NCBI RefSeq assembly: GCF_009914755.1 | Contig: NC_060934.1 | DNA length: 64,000 bases | Strand: one strand, 5' to 3' | DNA from: the human T2T-CHM13v2.0 reference genome, Homo sapiens | In this document: piece after piece, positions 45,198 to 61,849 of the stretch | Layout of the letters: each line of letters begins with the position of its first letter | How positions within the stretch are numbered: position 1 is the stretch's first letter | The notes under the pieces: model-generated | The model's input: the letters and a program-made list of their open reading frames with translations, nothing else | The model's database searches: none | What the model was told of the DNA's origin: nothing | Position numbers and translations under genes: made by a program

Positions 45198-46625
45198 GTA
45201 ATCTCTACACCAAGCCCAGCACATCCCTGGCACCCTTCTTTTTCCTCTGGAGCAGATGACTGAGTCGGGCAGATTGTTGAGGGCAGAGCACACTGTTGTC
45301 CTTGGTCTTTTGTTTATTTACTCCTCGCTTTTATTTATTTACTCCCCTTTTTCTCATCCTCCACTCACATTCCCCTACTTCCTGCCTTCAAAAGGAACCC
45401 ATTCTAATATGTTGGATATGCATCCTTCTGTTTGTTGGTGCTCTTGTGACCTGCAGTGTTTTGTGAGCATGTATTTTTGATTTACATAAATGATGTTATG
45501 CTGTGAAATTCTTTATTCCGTGTTTTACTTTTCTTTTTTTCAGTTAGCACTATGTTTTTAAGAGCTATCCTTGATGCTCTGTGTACACTGAATCCTTTGC
45601 TTTTAATTGCTACATAGGATTCCATGTGTTACGCCATTCACTGCATTTGACTTTTTGTTCTCCGGTAATGATGGACAGCTAGATTGTTCCCAGCTCTCTC
45701 CTACCACAAACAGCTTCCTGATGAACAGTCTTGTGCATAACCACGATGGCCTAGCAAAGTGGGATTGTGGGATTTATATATGTATATTTAACTTGTCTAA
45801 GTACTGCCAAGTTACTCTCTGGAATGGCTGTCCTAGTCTACGCCCAGCAGTGTGAGGGTCCCCTGTCTTTCCAGCCCTGCCAACGCTTGGCAATATCTTG
45901 CTGTCTGATTTTTGCTATAGTGCTGCTTTTGGAGTGTTAGTGTATCATCTTAATTAAAAAGCAATTTTGTATCATGTAAGTAGCATGTAAAATAAATATG
46001 GCTTAAAGTTCTTAATGCTTAAGGAAACATAAACTTATTTTTCTGTTTCCTTTAATTCCTGGCTCTTGCATGTGTAGCTGTCCCTCTGAATAAGATCATA
46101 GTTGAGGAAGACGTCATTTTAATCCCCTGCCTCCTCCAATACCTGTCTATGGTCCCTAAATTTTACTAAAATAATTGGTATGGGCAACCAGTTGTGGGCT
46201 TTTTTTTTTTTTTTTTCCTGTTGGTGTATTTATTTGTTTATTTTTAAAAAACAGCTTTATTGAGATATTGACATACCATACAGTTGACTGATTTAACATA
46301 TACAAATCAGTGGTTTTTAGTATATTCACATGGTGGTGCAACCATTATCACAATCTAATTTTAGAACATTTTGGTTCCCCCAAAAAGAAATCTCACATTC
46401 GTTACCCCCTCTTGACTTTTCATAAAAGGTAACATGCTCTCCAAATTTAAGTGGCAAATCCGTGTTTTTTGTTTTTGGTTTCTTATCTAGAAATTCCATC
46501 AGATTTTTAAGTAAAAATTGAACAGCATATGTGACCAAGAGCCATGTTTAGACTGGTGTTGGTAATATATATGTTTAGTTGTTGCTCTGTATTAATGAAC
46601 AGAAGCATTGTTTCTTTTTCTTCAG

Positions 46626-46694
46626 GCGCTTGGAGAGTCCTTAGGGAAAGGCGATGATCATAAAGACATGGACATCATCACCAAATTCCTGAAG
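46626..46694 (+). CDS. PRPF18: PRPF18 exon 6 ([23 protein letters not shown])
   Basis: tttcttcag|GCG acceptor, AAG|gtgcgt donor, 69 nt. Confidence 0.97.
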
Positions 46695-46852
46695 GTGCGT
46701 GTCTTAGGCGAGGGGATGAGGATGCCTTGGATCCTTATGAACTATTCTTATATTTTTGGATTACCAAGGGTTAAAGGCTGGAACGGGAAAGCCTCAATAC
46801 ACATTTCTCACACATACATGATGTTTATGATATCACTATGCACTTGATGTAG

Positions 46853-47805
<953 letters not shown>

Positions 47806-48746
47806 TAACCTTACAGAGAGTGCTCAATTCTTCAGTTCTACAAATAGCTGCCTATTTTTGCTGACTTGCTGATTCCAACCGTCTTCTCAACATTTCTCTC
47901 TTTAGTGGTCTAGATAGAGTATGAACAAATCCCAGATATTTTATTGTTTATTCACAAACTGTGTTCAGACCAAGAGATTTACATGCAAGGAATGCTTTTT
48001 CTTGTGTGTACAGTTTAGATACAACATATTATTCATCAAGATTCTGAATATATTGAGGATACAGCATGGAAGTAGATAGGGCATAAGAATTAGTATGAAC
48101 TAGAATTTCCTCTTTGAGTGATGGCCTCTTCTTTTTTAGGATATGCATAGATGATGCCCCTAGAGGACAACATCCTCCTCAGCCTTCTCTGTTTCCTACT
48201 TCCAGGAAGGGTGCCCTTTATACAGTTAAACCCAAGGGGCACTGAGGTAGTTATCTAGGGGTGGGGGTGGAGTGGGAATGCTGGGTCTTGGCTTCTTTAT
48301 TTCTGTTTCTCTTTCTCCTTCCTCTCCTTTAGTCAGGTGCTTTCATGGTTTTTAAACTTAATCATGGTCTCTACAGCATATGTAGAAAGTCCAGTTTTCT
48401 TGTAACTCGTAACTTGTTGAATTTTATGTATATAATACAAATACAAGTTTATTTCCTCTCAAATAGTTAACTATGAAACTTGATAGTTGTTTTCTGAGGG
48501 AAGCAAATTATCCTGAGCTAGGAATAGATGTAGACTAGGGAAGTTGGTGACTTGCCAAAGGTACTACTTCAAAGCATTATCATGACCAATAAGCAGAACT
48601 AGCTTATTCTATATTATTTGGTGGCATTTTAATCAAGACATTTACTTTAAGGATGATTGTATTCTGTTTTTGTGTGCTAGAGAGCATTTAGATGTACTGA
48701 ACCACTGGGTGGCATTGTAGTCTAAGTTTACCCATCCTTTCAACAG

Positions 48747-48887
48747 TTTCTTCTTGGCGTTTGGGCTAAAGAATTGAATGCCAGAGAAGATTATGTGAAA
48801 CGCAGTGTGCAGGGTAAACTGAACAGTGCGACCCAGAAACAGACCGAGTCCTACCTAAGACCACTTTTTAGAAAGCTACGGAAAAGG
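48747..48887 (+). CDS. PRPF18: PRPF18 exon 7 ([10 protein letters not shown]...[12 protein letters not shown]), Prp18 helical domain
   Basis: tttcaacag|TTT acceptor, AGG|gtgagg donor, 141 nt. Confidence 0.98.
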
Positions 48888-49020
48888 GTGAGGTTTCTTG
48901 GAAAATACTTTTTTTAACTGACTTTAAAAATACAGTATAAATTTAGAATAAATGCAGTCTGTTTTTTCCCTATACATCTATACATAGTAGCTTCCAAAAT
49001 TTCTTATTTATTTTTTTCAG

Positions 49021-49092
49021 AATCTTCCTGCTGATATTAAAGAATCAATAACGGATATTATTAAATTCATGTTGCAGAGAGAATACGTGAAG
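49021..49092 (+). CDS. PRPF18: PRPF18 exon 8 ([24 protein letters not shown])
   Basis: ttttttcag|AAT acceptor, AAG|gtacat donor, 72 nt, after a 133-nt intron. Confidence 0.97.
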
Positions 49093-49369
49093 GTACATTC
49101 CCATGCTGTTCTTTGAAATTGTTAAGAGTATATCTAGGTTATGTACGTAATATAATGTTCATTTGGGATAGGAGGATTTTACATAGTAGATTTAAGAATA
49201 AATGTGAGATGAGTTAGTAGTAAAAAGCGTTTTATTTTCTATTGTATTTGCCAGCTTTACTGTTAGGCAGTGAATAACAAACCTGACTAAGAAAATACAG
49301 ACCTCATCTGTATGCTCTTGGTCATTTTTAAAATAGGCCTAAAGGTTCTTCAGAGCATGAACTTTATAT

Positions 49370-49590
49370 AGGCAGTGTTCATTTTATGAATTTCAAAGTT
49401 TTGTAAATGGCTGATTATGTCTTGGAACAAATTTTCCCATAGAAACAACGTTGTATAGATGAGTTTCCCAGGATGGTCATAAAAGCCCCTTTAATCTGTA
49501 ATATAGCTGAACTGTTGCACTGATGGTACAGTGGAATTTAACCACTCTTTGTAATTGTTTCTATGGGGAAATGGTTCAAGCAAGGCTTCC
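49370..49590. mobile_element. Old TcMar-Tigger-like fragment with internal inverted repeat
   Basis: TTTCCCATAGAAACAA (about 49433) pairs with TTGTTTCTATGGGGAAA (about 49555). Confidence 0.5.
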
Positions 49591-51403
49591 AGGACTCATC
49601 TCTCCCATTTCAGCGTTGCAGACCCCTGCAGTGGAAGTCTCTCCTCCCTTGCCCCAGTGTCTATACTCCTGAATGGGCTCTGGGAGGCAGCGGTGAGGGA
49701 AAGGGTGCTGGTGTCCAGGGCTCCCTGAGATAGAGTTTAGAAAGGGATGAGAGGAGGACTGTCAGTTGGTACAGGGGAACAAGAAGGGAAGGGCCCAATG
49801 CACCAGTAGTGGCAATGAAGAAAGAACAGAGTTTGAGGGAGGCTTCTTGTGGCCGTGCCTCCCAAGACACTAGGAGTAGAGCATTTCAGTGCAGCAACCC
49901 CAGTGCCAGTGCCAGAGCGGTAGGGAACTCGGAATGACATTGCTTATCCAGTGCTGTATCTGTATACTGACGTAACAAGGGACTGCTGGCATTCCTGAGT
50001 GACTGGATGATTTACGTGATTAGAGCCTTAGGCTAAAGAGGTTCCTGCAGTGATTTTACTCCTTTTAAGAGCCAGCCAGTTTTCTCAAAGAAAATATTTT
50101 TTGTCTTACAGTTATAAATGTGCTTCTTAGTTTCTGTCAGTTGCATGATTCTTACTAAGGATGGTTGCATTGGCATGGATGGATAAGGTCACCATCACTG
50201 CAGGAAGAATGCACATCACTCCCTGCTAGAATGGATGCCTTTCCTCTTACTGCTTTTTCTCGTGATCACATATCAGAACTAAGTGCAAGTGCAAGCTTAT
50301 TTTGTATAAACTACAGAAAGAACCAAGAAGCTTTAATAACCTGTTTAGACAGTTTCTTTGAAATTTGGGGGAAACTAAATATTGCAGTTTTTATCAGTTA
50401 AGATCCAATGTTAAAGTTTATACACATGAAAATTAGTGATAAAAATGTACATAGGCCCTTTTTAAATTAAGCTTTATAAAACCGGTGAGCAGAGCAAGTT
50501 CACATTTATCTTTAGGGTAGAAAATGATCTTCCAGCTACCCTATCTGTAGTATCTGATTTTAAAAAAATTGACTCTCCCTATCAATCTCATAGGTGTCTG
50601 ATTTTTTTAAATTAAAATCTCCTTGAGGCCTGGCTTTATGAGCTTCTCTTAACCCTTGAGGTCCTTTAGAATTTATTTGCTTTATGTTTTTCTTGTTCTT
50701 CCTCACAGCTAGCCAGGCTTGGTTAGGAAAAAAAGCCATTTGTCTTCATTGGTTTCTGTCTTCATTTTTTGTGGCTGTTCTTTAACGGTTCTTGGCAGGT
50801 AGGGGGTGGGGTGGGGGGCAAAGTGGAGCGATCTCATCCTTCAGCTATTCGACTGGAGGGCCAGTGTTTCCTCTCTGTTTACACATCTGTTAAAGACCCT
50901 GTGTGGTCGTCGGCACATACTGAGCCCCCACTTCCTTCAGAGAGCCACAGTGCTGTGTAGGGAGTGGATATTGTTTAGGGTTGGACGATGAAAAACTACT
51001 TAGCCCCTGTCTTCTACATGACCCCCTGTGGAGAAGACTGGGTCTAAAGGAGACCAAAACTAGAATTTTCATCAGTGCATTGAAGTGCCTACCTGGTAAT
51101 TCCAGATCTGCAACATATTAATTTCCAGCATACAAAGGCTGCAAAGGAATGTTTGCCTTTTTTTTACTCACAACCTAGCTTTGGTTTCTGTTTTTTCCAT
51201 GGACATTGGTGGTCCTGGGCAGGGCAGTCTGTTACCCTGTATTTTAATCTGTTTTGTTTGAATAACAGTCATGGTAATATTTTCCATGTGCCCAAAAGGT
51301 GGACGAAAATTACATCATAAAGGGCTGTGAAATACTTTCAATAAGAATTTGAGCCAGTACAACATTTTCGCCTTTCTGATTTCTTCTTACACTTTCCTTT
51401 CAG

Positions 51404-51559
51404 GCAAATGATGCTTATCTTCAGATGGCCATTGGAAATGCGCCTTGGCCCATCGGTGTCACTATGGTTGGTATCCATGCCAGAACTGGCAGAGAAAAGA
51501 TTTTTTCCAAGCATGTTGCACATGTTTTAAATGACGAAACTCAGCGGAAATATATTCAG
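51404..51559 (+). CDS. PRPF18: PRPF18 exon 9 ([34 protein letters not shown]...KYIQ), conserved Prp18 loop
   Basis: cctttcag|GCA acceptor, CAG|gtaagc donor, 156 nt. IGNxxWPIGVTxVGIHAR is the Prp18 family signature. The final exon was not found in the window. Confidence 0.98.
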
Positions 51560-53352
51560 GTAAGCAGTTTGGAGAGCCGGGAATTGCCCTGGAAGTGAAT
51601 ATTCTCTAATTCCCAAAACTCTAAGTCTGGAAAGCAGGCAGAGAATTACAGCAAATAGAACATAGCGTGATAGGATGGAAGTCCCCTCTGGATAAGCACT
51701 GACACTGAAGCCACCTTCACTGAATAAAGTAAAAACCTTTCAACTTTCATATATGTTGGAAGACAAGGGTGAAGTATTGTGCTTTAATTACCTTAGCACT
51801 GAAATAAAATGATTGCAGTTTGCTTTTTTTTTTTAAGACGTGTATTAGGAAGTAAAAGTTGAGCTCATCAGAGAAATGTGGGAGTTTAGTGAAGAGCAAC
51901 AAACTTAGAGTATTTTACAATAAATCCTGCTTTGTTGCTTTCAAGGTAAATCTAACATCTACTGGGTTCAAGATGTATGGAGAGTAAAGACTTGGCTTTA
52001 ATGTACGTAGCACGTAACAACACTTCTTTAGTCATGTGAATAGGTCTAAAGTGCCGATGGTTTGTTTTCTTCAAGTTATACATGCTTCACATAAACTTGT
52101 TGGTACTGTTTTTGGGCTAAACTTTTCTCCCTAGTGGGAAGAAAATCGACTATAATGTAGTGTTTGCCAGATTGTCATAAATCCCAGATTGTGTCTGTAA
52201 AATGACTTGCTGGATGATAGTTCTAAAACTTGACAGTGATACTCCGGAAGTTTACTTAAAATTTGAAGTTCACTTAAAATGCATAAAGTGCTTTCAGATT
52301 TTGTGCCAGAGAACAGTCATTACCATATTCATGAAATATCTTTTTGTTTTTATTTCACTTCCAAGTGCTGAATGTTAATTCGTGTCATGCTTTATGCCTT
52401 AGTCACATATAATAGCTTTTTAAAATATGATTTCAATCGGACTCCCTCATGTGAACTGTATACAGAGTTCAAATATACTTCTGGAAATTCAACCACATTT
52501 CCATTTTTTAATAACCACCAGTGAGTGTATTAAAGGCAGAAGCTTTTAGCTGAAAAAAAAAAAAAGTTGCTTAGCTTTAACAATAGAAAACAGGTTCCAA
52601 AGATTAAATTTGCTAATTGTGTTCATCTATATTGTGGCCAAAGGTATAGTGTATAAAAGTTCATATGATTAAATCAATCGTCTGAAAGACATTTCTTATA
52701 AACAGTAATGTGATTTTCACCTCCCCGAGGAGTGATTTTTTTTTAAGTATACCTAGCATTTATTCAAGAATTCTGGTTTATTTTGGAAGCTATGTAATGA
52801 CCTGTCCTTACTCCATTGTTCTTCCTTTTTAACTGTTCTCTTCCCATTAAAAAAAATTCTTCTTTTGCCCCCTAGGTGATTAGAGAAAATTGATGAGCAT
52901 ACTGTATTTGAAATTTAGCTAGGTGTTTGAGGCAGACCCAGTGGTATTCTTGTGGATAGGGCAAATCAGGCTGGACTCATAGCTCATTGACAGAGGGAAG
53001 CCATGGAGCATTAAATAATGGACTCGTGTCTCTTAGGGTAGATGCTAGAGATGTATGTCAGGGGTCTTAGGGACCTCAGTGCTGTCCTGTCGAACCTTTT
53101 AATGACTGACTTGGATGGCTATACCGAAGGATGGGTTTATCAGGTTTGCAGACAGCAAGAAACTAGAAGGGATGGAGTGTATGTTAAGGTGGAAAAGAAA
53201 CTGCTATTCTAGAAGTTCTTGACAGACGAGAGAGAAGGGCAGAGTCTAAAAATACAATATTTAGGAAGGAAGGATTACCATAAGAAAATTGGACCCATAT
53301 ACCCTTTTGCTTAAGCTTATAATTTGGGCAGTGGATATAAAAAAGAATTAGA

Positions 53353-53650
53353 GGCTGAGCATGGTGGCTCACACCTGTAATCCCAACACTTCGAGTGGCT
53401 GTGGCGGGAAGATTGCCTGAGGCCAGGAGTTTAAGACTAGCCTGGGCAACATAGCGAGACCCCATTTCTACAAAAAATAGAAACTAGCCAGGCATGGTTG
53501 TGTGTGCCTGTAGTCCTAGCTACCGGAGAGGTTGAGGCAGAAGGATCTCTTCAGCCTGGGAGTTCAAGGTTGCAGTGATTTGTGATTGCATCACTGCACT
53601 TCAGACAGAGCAAGACCCTGTCAAAAAAAAAAAAAAAAAAAAAAAAAAGA
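53353..53650 (+). mobile_element. AluJ
   Basis: Diverged Alu with a long A-tail. TSD-like AAAGAATT(T)AG. Confidence 0.92.
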
Positions 53651-53917
53651 AAGAATTTAGTGGACTAAATTTAGTGTAATAAAATTTGTAGTATGATATG
53701 GCCACCTAATAACTTAGTGTAGGTTCTCCAGGGCAAGAACATAGTTCAGTATTGTACCCCTAGAATCTAGAACAATATCTGACTCATGGTGGGTGCTTAA
53801 TAAATATTTGCTAATTGAATGAATTCATGATAGAGCAAGAGAGGTGATAATAATTGCTCTTTTTCTAGTCCTCGAGAAAGGAGACTCTTGGTGAGAATCT
53901 GGGCAAGAGTTCTAGAT

Positions 53918-54243
53918 CAGCGGTCCCTGACATCTTTGGCACCAGGGACTGGTTTCATGGAAGAGCATTTTTCCATGGATCGGGGAGGTCAGGGGGATGG
54001 TTTCAGGATGAAACTGTTCCACCTCAGATCATCAGGTGTTAGTAAGGAGCATGCAACCTCGATCCCTCACATGTGCTGTTCACAATAGGGTTTGCGCTCC
54101 TGTGAGAATCTAATGCCAGGACAGAGGAGAGCAGAGCTTAGGTGCTAATTCTCTTGCCCTCTGCTCACCTCTGCTGTGTGGCCCATTGCCTGACTGGCCA
54201 CGGACTAGTGCTGGCCTGTGGCCCAGGGGTTGGGGACTTCCTG
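53918..54243 (+). mobile_element. MER1-like hAT-Charlie MITE
   Basis: CAGCGGTCCC...TTTGGCACCAGGGACTGGTTTCATGGAAGA start and GGGGTTGGGGACTTCCTG end. Confidence 0.85.
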
Positions 54244-55145
54244 CTATAGAAAATGGTAGAACTTTCTGATGGAAGAGGATTAAACTTGTTTTATACAATT
54301 GGACAGATTTTTAGTTAGTGTAAGACAAAGCTTTTTCAGAAAACGTTTTTATTTTGAAATAATTATAGACTCACAAGAAGTTGCAAAAAATAGTAAGAAG
54401 CTTTTTAATAGGCAGAGTTGTCCCAAGGTGGGAGATGGAGGAAGACACCCACCTCTTGATGTCTGGAGGCATAAAACATTGCCCTTTTTGGCCCTTCTGG
54501 CCAGAGTCCTCTCATTCTTTTCTGCCATTTTCCCTAGAGGCCATTGCTTAAACCTCAAGTTTCAACTCATGCGCCCAAGAGTCACTAAGATAACGAGTGA
54601 GCTGAGGGTTAAACCTCTGGCTTCTGTCTTCCACTTTCCTACTCCTTATGTAGGTGCAACTAGAAGCTGCATTTTATTTTCTTCTCACCTGTGCTGTAAG
54701 AGAAATGAGCAATGCAGAAGCGATACTGAGTGTCAGTGATGCTTGGCCTCTCTGTTGATGAATTCACTTGAGCTCATTGTTACCTTGTAGGAATATGGTT
54801 CCAATGTTGCTGGATCTTCCATGATTTTTTTTAATGAGAAGGAAAATCTTGGTTTTTGAAAAAAAAGTATTCTCCTATTTTTAAATGTTGGCATCAAATA
54901 AAAAAATTAACATTGTGTAAGGCTAAACAGAATGCCAGTTTGTGATCTGTGTCTTAAACCCATAGTGTAACTCAAGCAGAAGAATGCGGCCACCCTATGT
55001 TAGAGTTTTGTAAAATTCTTGGTTACAATTTACTGATTGATTTACTAAGCTGTCTAAAGAATGTTCCTCTTGTTACTTTGGTATCTGGATGAGATTAATT
55101 TGAATTCTCCTAAAAAAAAGACAATTTATTATGTGAAGTTTAAGT

Positions 55146-55325
55146 CAAGGGTTGGCAAAATTTTCCTTAAAGGATCAGATAGTAAATATCTTGGGCTTTG
55201 TACTTCTTGCCATCTCTAACTACTCACCCATGCAGCTAAGGCACAAAAGCAGCCAGTGGCTGTGTTCCAGTAAAACCATGTAGAAAAGAGGCAAGTGGGC
55301 TGAGAACCACAGTTTGCTGCCCCGT
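55146..55325 (+). mobile_element. MER58-like MITE
   Basis: CAAGGGTTGGCAAA...CAGATAGTAAATAT...AGTTTGCTGCCCC. Confidence 0.75.
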
Positions 55326-56199
55326 AGTAAATGTATGAACGAACCCAAAACCTTTTTTACACTAAGATGTTGGCCGAGGAGGTAATTATGAAAATCATTT
55401 AATAATTATTTCTTTTTAAATTGCGGTATAAAATGCCTCAATGCCTCAACAAACATTGTAGTGCTTGAAGTCTGCTACCTTAATGGTATAGCCCAATGAT
55501 TCTTGATACGTGTCATGTATATCAAGCTGTAAAACAAGATCTGGAGTTAGAACACTTCCAGCAGGTTCCTTCATGCCTGTTCCCAGCCTGAATCCTCCTC
55601 CTCCTATCAGAAGTAACCATTATTCTAACATGTACCATTATTGGTTAGTTTTGCCTGTTCTTGAGCATCATGTAAATGGAAACTTGTAATGTCTGAGATA
55701 ATTATTTTTTTATTTAGAAATACTGGTGAAAAATATGTTTTATGAAATATGATAGACAATAATTCAAGGGGCAGTTTCACTGGAACATAGATTTCATCTT
55801 TTGGTTTTATGCAAACCTCTGTAGAACTTAAACAATGAAAGTTATTTGAAGTGTTCTATTTCTCACAAAAATTAAATATACCACAAGGAGGGTTCTCTCC
55901 AGGCAGATCAAAGGAAAGTTCTATAGCTTACTGGCTTGCTTCAAGTCCAGGGTTAGGTAGAAATTGGTGGTAGTAGCTTTAAGGTCTTTGTTCATTCTTC
56001 CAAATAGAGATGTAACCACTGGCCCAGACTTTGGGTAAAGCTTCTTTTACATATATTATAGGAAGCTCTGGGTTATTTAGAAACTTTATAATTCAATCAT
56101 TCCCAGATAGCTCTTGAAAAAGTTCACATCTTGGGCATTCTTTATTTGTCAAAAATAAGGGAAGGAAGGTAGACAGGAGAAAAAGATGAGGTGAAATGC

Positions 56200-56610
56200 A
56201 TGTCAAAGAGCTGTTGCCCTACCAGAGCTACTCTTATCCTTCCTCACTGTGTTCCCTCCAAACGTGACTTTACCAGCAACACTGATAGGCACCCTTGCCC
56301 TGTGGCTTCTGACTGGAGCAGGCGATGAGAGGGACTGGAAGGCATTTTGTAGGTTGGAGAAGAATGAGTTTAGGGTATTGATTTTCCCAACTTGCTCCCT
56401 GGAGGGGCCCCTAGGGTGACTGCATCCCTCTGCCCGAGGCTGTCGCTTCTCTCGGGTGGCTGTCTCCATACAGCTACCCTCCCTAGGTTCCAGTGGCCAC
56501 TCTCCTCCTTTGCCTTCAGAATTTGGGCTAGCCACAGCTTCCCAGGATTGCCAGCGCTAGGTTGCTCTACTGTGTCTTGTTGGTCCTAAGTCCAGCCCAC
56601 TCCTTTGTAA
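56200..56610. mobile_element. Degenerate MLT1-like LTR
   Basis: Old MaLR-like motifs (CTTCCCAGGATTGCCAGC, CCACTCCTTTGTAA). Confidence 0.45.
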
Positions 56611-57927
56611 CATCCTCGAAACTACTACCATCACATTATGCAGTTCGACTGCTGGCATCCTCCTCGCTATGTATAGATGAATTGATCTATGCACTGTGTT
56701 ACAGATTCCTTTGGAGGTTAGAAGATTAAGGAATAATAATCTTCTAATGATTTCCGTTAAGCTTTTGCTATTACAAAAGGTAAATATCCTATAATATTAT
56801 TCTCTGGCAAGTTGTTTTCAGTAAGCTTAAGTTTATAAGTTTCCTAGTAAAGACATCATCCCAATATTTTATGTCAATTATTTCAATCCATGTTTCAGGT
56901 TTTGGCATATTTCATCTATGCTAGCATTTGCCAAATTTATCTGTGCATGGAACATTTGTGAGTTTGTAATGTGTTCACGTGTTACCAAAACTGGTATAAC
57001 AGAAACATTCATGACTGCAATAAGTAAGTGATCACAGCTTGATCTGTATGTTGCACACACAGTATCATAGCTGTTGGTAAATGCTCCCATGCCTCAGTGC
57101 TCTAATGTATGTCACACACTTGTGGGTTGAGTGGCTTCATGCCACAGCCTGGCATTCTGGGCTATGGTAAGCTGTTTCCTAAAGGCAAGTTGTTGCATGA
57201 TGACAGCTGTCTACCCCCTTAATCTTCCTGGCATATTAAAAGAGTACATTTTTAGAGAAAAATACTGCTAGTATTTATGTTTTACATAGTAATACCTTTT
57301 AATGTCATAGAACACTAGCATGTTTTGGAAACAGATTTGGGGGAATGCTGATCTAAACTGGGCCATGCTGCTTTCTAGCTGGCAGCTTAGTTGATGGTAA
57401 AGGGCATTTTACTGTAGAGTATTACATCTTACATTTCTCAACCACACGGTTGGAAAAAAAGCCAGACCAGTCTCTATTGTGAAAACCTGGTACTCACGTA
57501 AATGAAATCTTCCCTCAAATTAGTCATTTGGGGTACCTTTTTACTTAATTTTTGAGTTGTTGTTTGTAATTTGGTGTAACTTTCTGTGAAATAAACCCTT
57601 GCACTGGAAACTTGTTCTCGTATAGAAAACAAAAATACAGAGAAGTAAAAAGAGCAGCAGAGTCTGTTTCTTACCATGAACTATGCAGGCAGTTTGAGTT
57701 AGTCTGAAGCTATCTGTTTTCTTTAGTTTTTTGATAAGTCCTCCAGATACTGAAGTTTTTGTATGTTTAATACTTACAGTGGGCTTCTTATTAGAACCAG
57801 CCTGCAGTTGCCCTTATCTGCCGTCATCCCAACTGGCTGAACCCAGATCAGTAATTTAAAAGTCTAGAATGGGTTGTTTCGATGAATTCAGTTTTAACAA
57901 TATATTTGTGTGAAAAGAGTTCCCACA

Positions 57928-58340
<413 letters not shown>

Positions 58341-59004
58341 TCAGGTCAAATGAGCATTCCTATAGTATGAAGTTAGGATTCGTTAACTTAAGTATTGCAT
58401 ATTAATGCATTATTATGTTAGAACTTTTGCAGTTTATGACAGAATTTTAAATAGCTGGGTGGAAAACGTCACTCATCTTGTTTTTTTATTCTTCACGTTC
58501 TTAGGATGTACCACTAAATGGATTTGTGCTTTCCTCTTTAAGGCTTTGTTTCATAGTGTAGACTAGCAAAAGGTACAGAAATAATTGATTTAACAACATG
58601 TCTTTATACTTAAATATAAAGATTACTTATAAACAAAATATCTTCCTCAAGTTCTAATGATATATTAAAGAGGCAAATCAAGGCAAAGAATTGTGATTGT
58701 AGTTTGGTTTGGTTTGGTTTGGTTTAGTTTTTGTTTTCTGCAATAATAAAAAAATTGCTAATCTTTTTAGTGGATGCAGGTTGGTTGTTTTAATGGTTTA
58801 TTGATTTCTCCGGATATAAAGAACTTTCATTATCCAGGATATATCCTATATCATGCTATGATACACCAAACTATATCTGTATCTGATATTTGTATATCAT
58901 ATCTGGAACATTCTGTATTACTTCCATTTAGACTTAAAAATTGTGACATACATAACATAAAATTTACCATCTTAATCATTTTTATGTGTACAGTTCACCA
59001 ATTA

Positions 59005-59298
59005 GATATTTATTTATTTATTTCAGACAGGGTCTCATTCCGTCTCCCAGGCTGGAATGCAGTGGCACGATCTTGGCTCACTGCAACTTCCACCCCCCAG
59101 GTTCAAACACTTGTCATGCCTCAGCCTCCTGAGTAGCTGGGTGTGTGCCACCATGCCTGGCTGATTTTTTTTGTATTTTCGTAGTGACATGGTATGCCAT
59201 GTTGGCCAGGCTGGTCTCGAACTCCTGACCTCAAGTGATCTGCCTGCCTTGGCCTCCCAGAGTGCTGGGATTACAGGCGTGAGCCACCGCAGCTGGCC
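59005..59298 (-). mobile_element. Alu (AluS)
   Basis: Full Alu. TSD TCACCAATTAGA. Confidence 0.93.
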
Positions 59299-59379
59299 TC
59301 ACCAATTAGACTTTTAAATGCAGAACATTTTCCTCTAAACACATTGATATTTGAAAAATGAATATAGCTAAATATTGTA

Positions 59380-60950
<1,571 letters not shown>

Positions 60951-61849
60951 TTATCGTCATAGCTGACACTTAAGTAGTGCTTACTGTGCTTCCCTTCAGT
61001 ACTTTACAGCCACAATATGAGATGGACACTCACATTTCCCTGTTTTGTAAGTGGGGAAGAGGCGTAGAGAAGTGAGTTCTCAAGGTCACATGGCTAGTCA
61101 GTGGTAGAATTGGGATTGGAATGTGGGCAGTCTTGACTCTACCTGAGGATGTCCTCCATCCAAAGAAAAAGATCCAAGAGCTGAGATCCACCACAGAGCA
61201 AGGCGAGAGGAATCCCCAGGCTGGAGCTGCAGGGATGTCATGCTCCAGGATGGTAGCAGTACAAGTGGGTCCAGGTTAGAGTAGATGGTTGAAGGACTCC
61301 AGGAAGAAATGGAAGAGCTTATATTCCCTGGCATGTCTGATCAGATCCTGAGTGATGTTTGGGCATGTGAGGGTAGTCTCATGTTGGAGAATGGATTAGA
61401 AAAACAAAACAAAAAGGGGAAAAAAACTTATGAGAGGTCATCATCATAATATGTTATGTGGGTTTGCTTTGAACGATATTTGTGTAGCCTTTATAAGGAA
61501 AACCCTGAATATTGATTTCACTAAAAATGTGGTTTGGGGAGGATGTGGGAGAAAGTGCTTTTGAGGCGTGTGCGTGCATATGTGGGGCCAGTGGACAGTG
61601 GTGTAAGAGTGAGATATCCTCTGCTTCATAGTAGGAAGTCAGGAGATATCACTAATATCTGGTGGAAAAACCAAGCACTGTCAGTATAGTATTTAGAAAT
61701 GTGGCAATAAATGCCAGAGGAAACACTTAAAACGTTTGAAAAGGGTTGCCTGTGGAGAGCTGGAATTAGGATTTGGAAAGAGTGAGGTAGAGGACTGCTA
61801 TTATTTGATACAAGAATCGTGTGATTTTTTTTTTTTTTCCCCTCAAACA

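Noticed and set aside
56899-56937. Short hairpin TTTGGCATAT...ATTTGCCAAA
   Set aside because: An imperfect stem of about 10 bp, too short for a pre-miRNA and expected by chance in AT-rich DNA.
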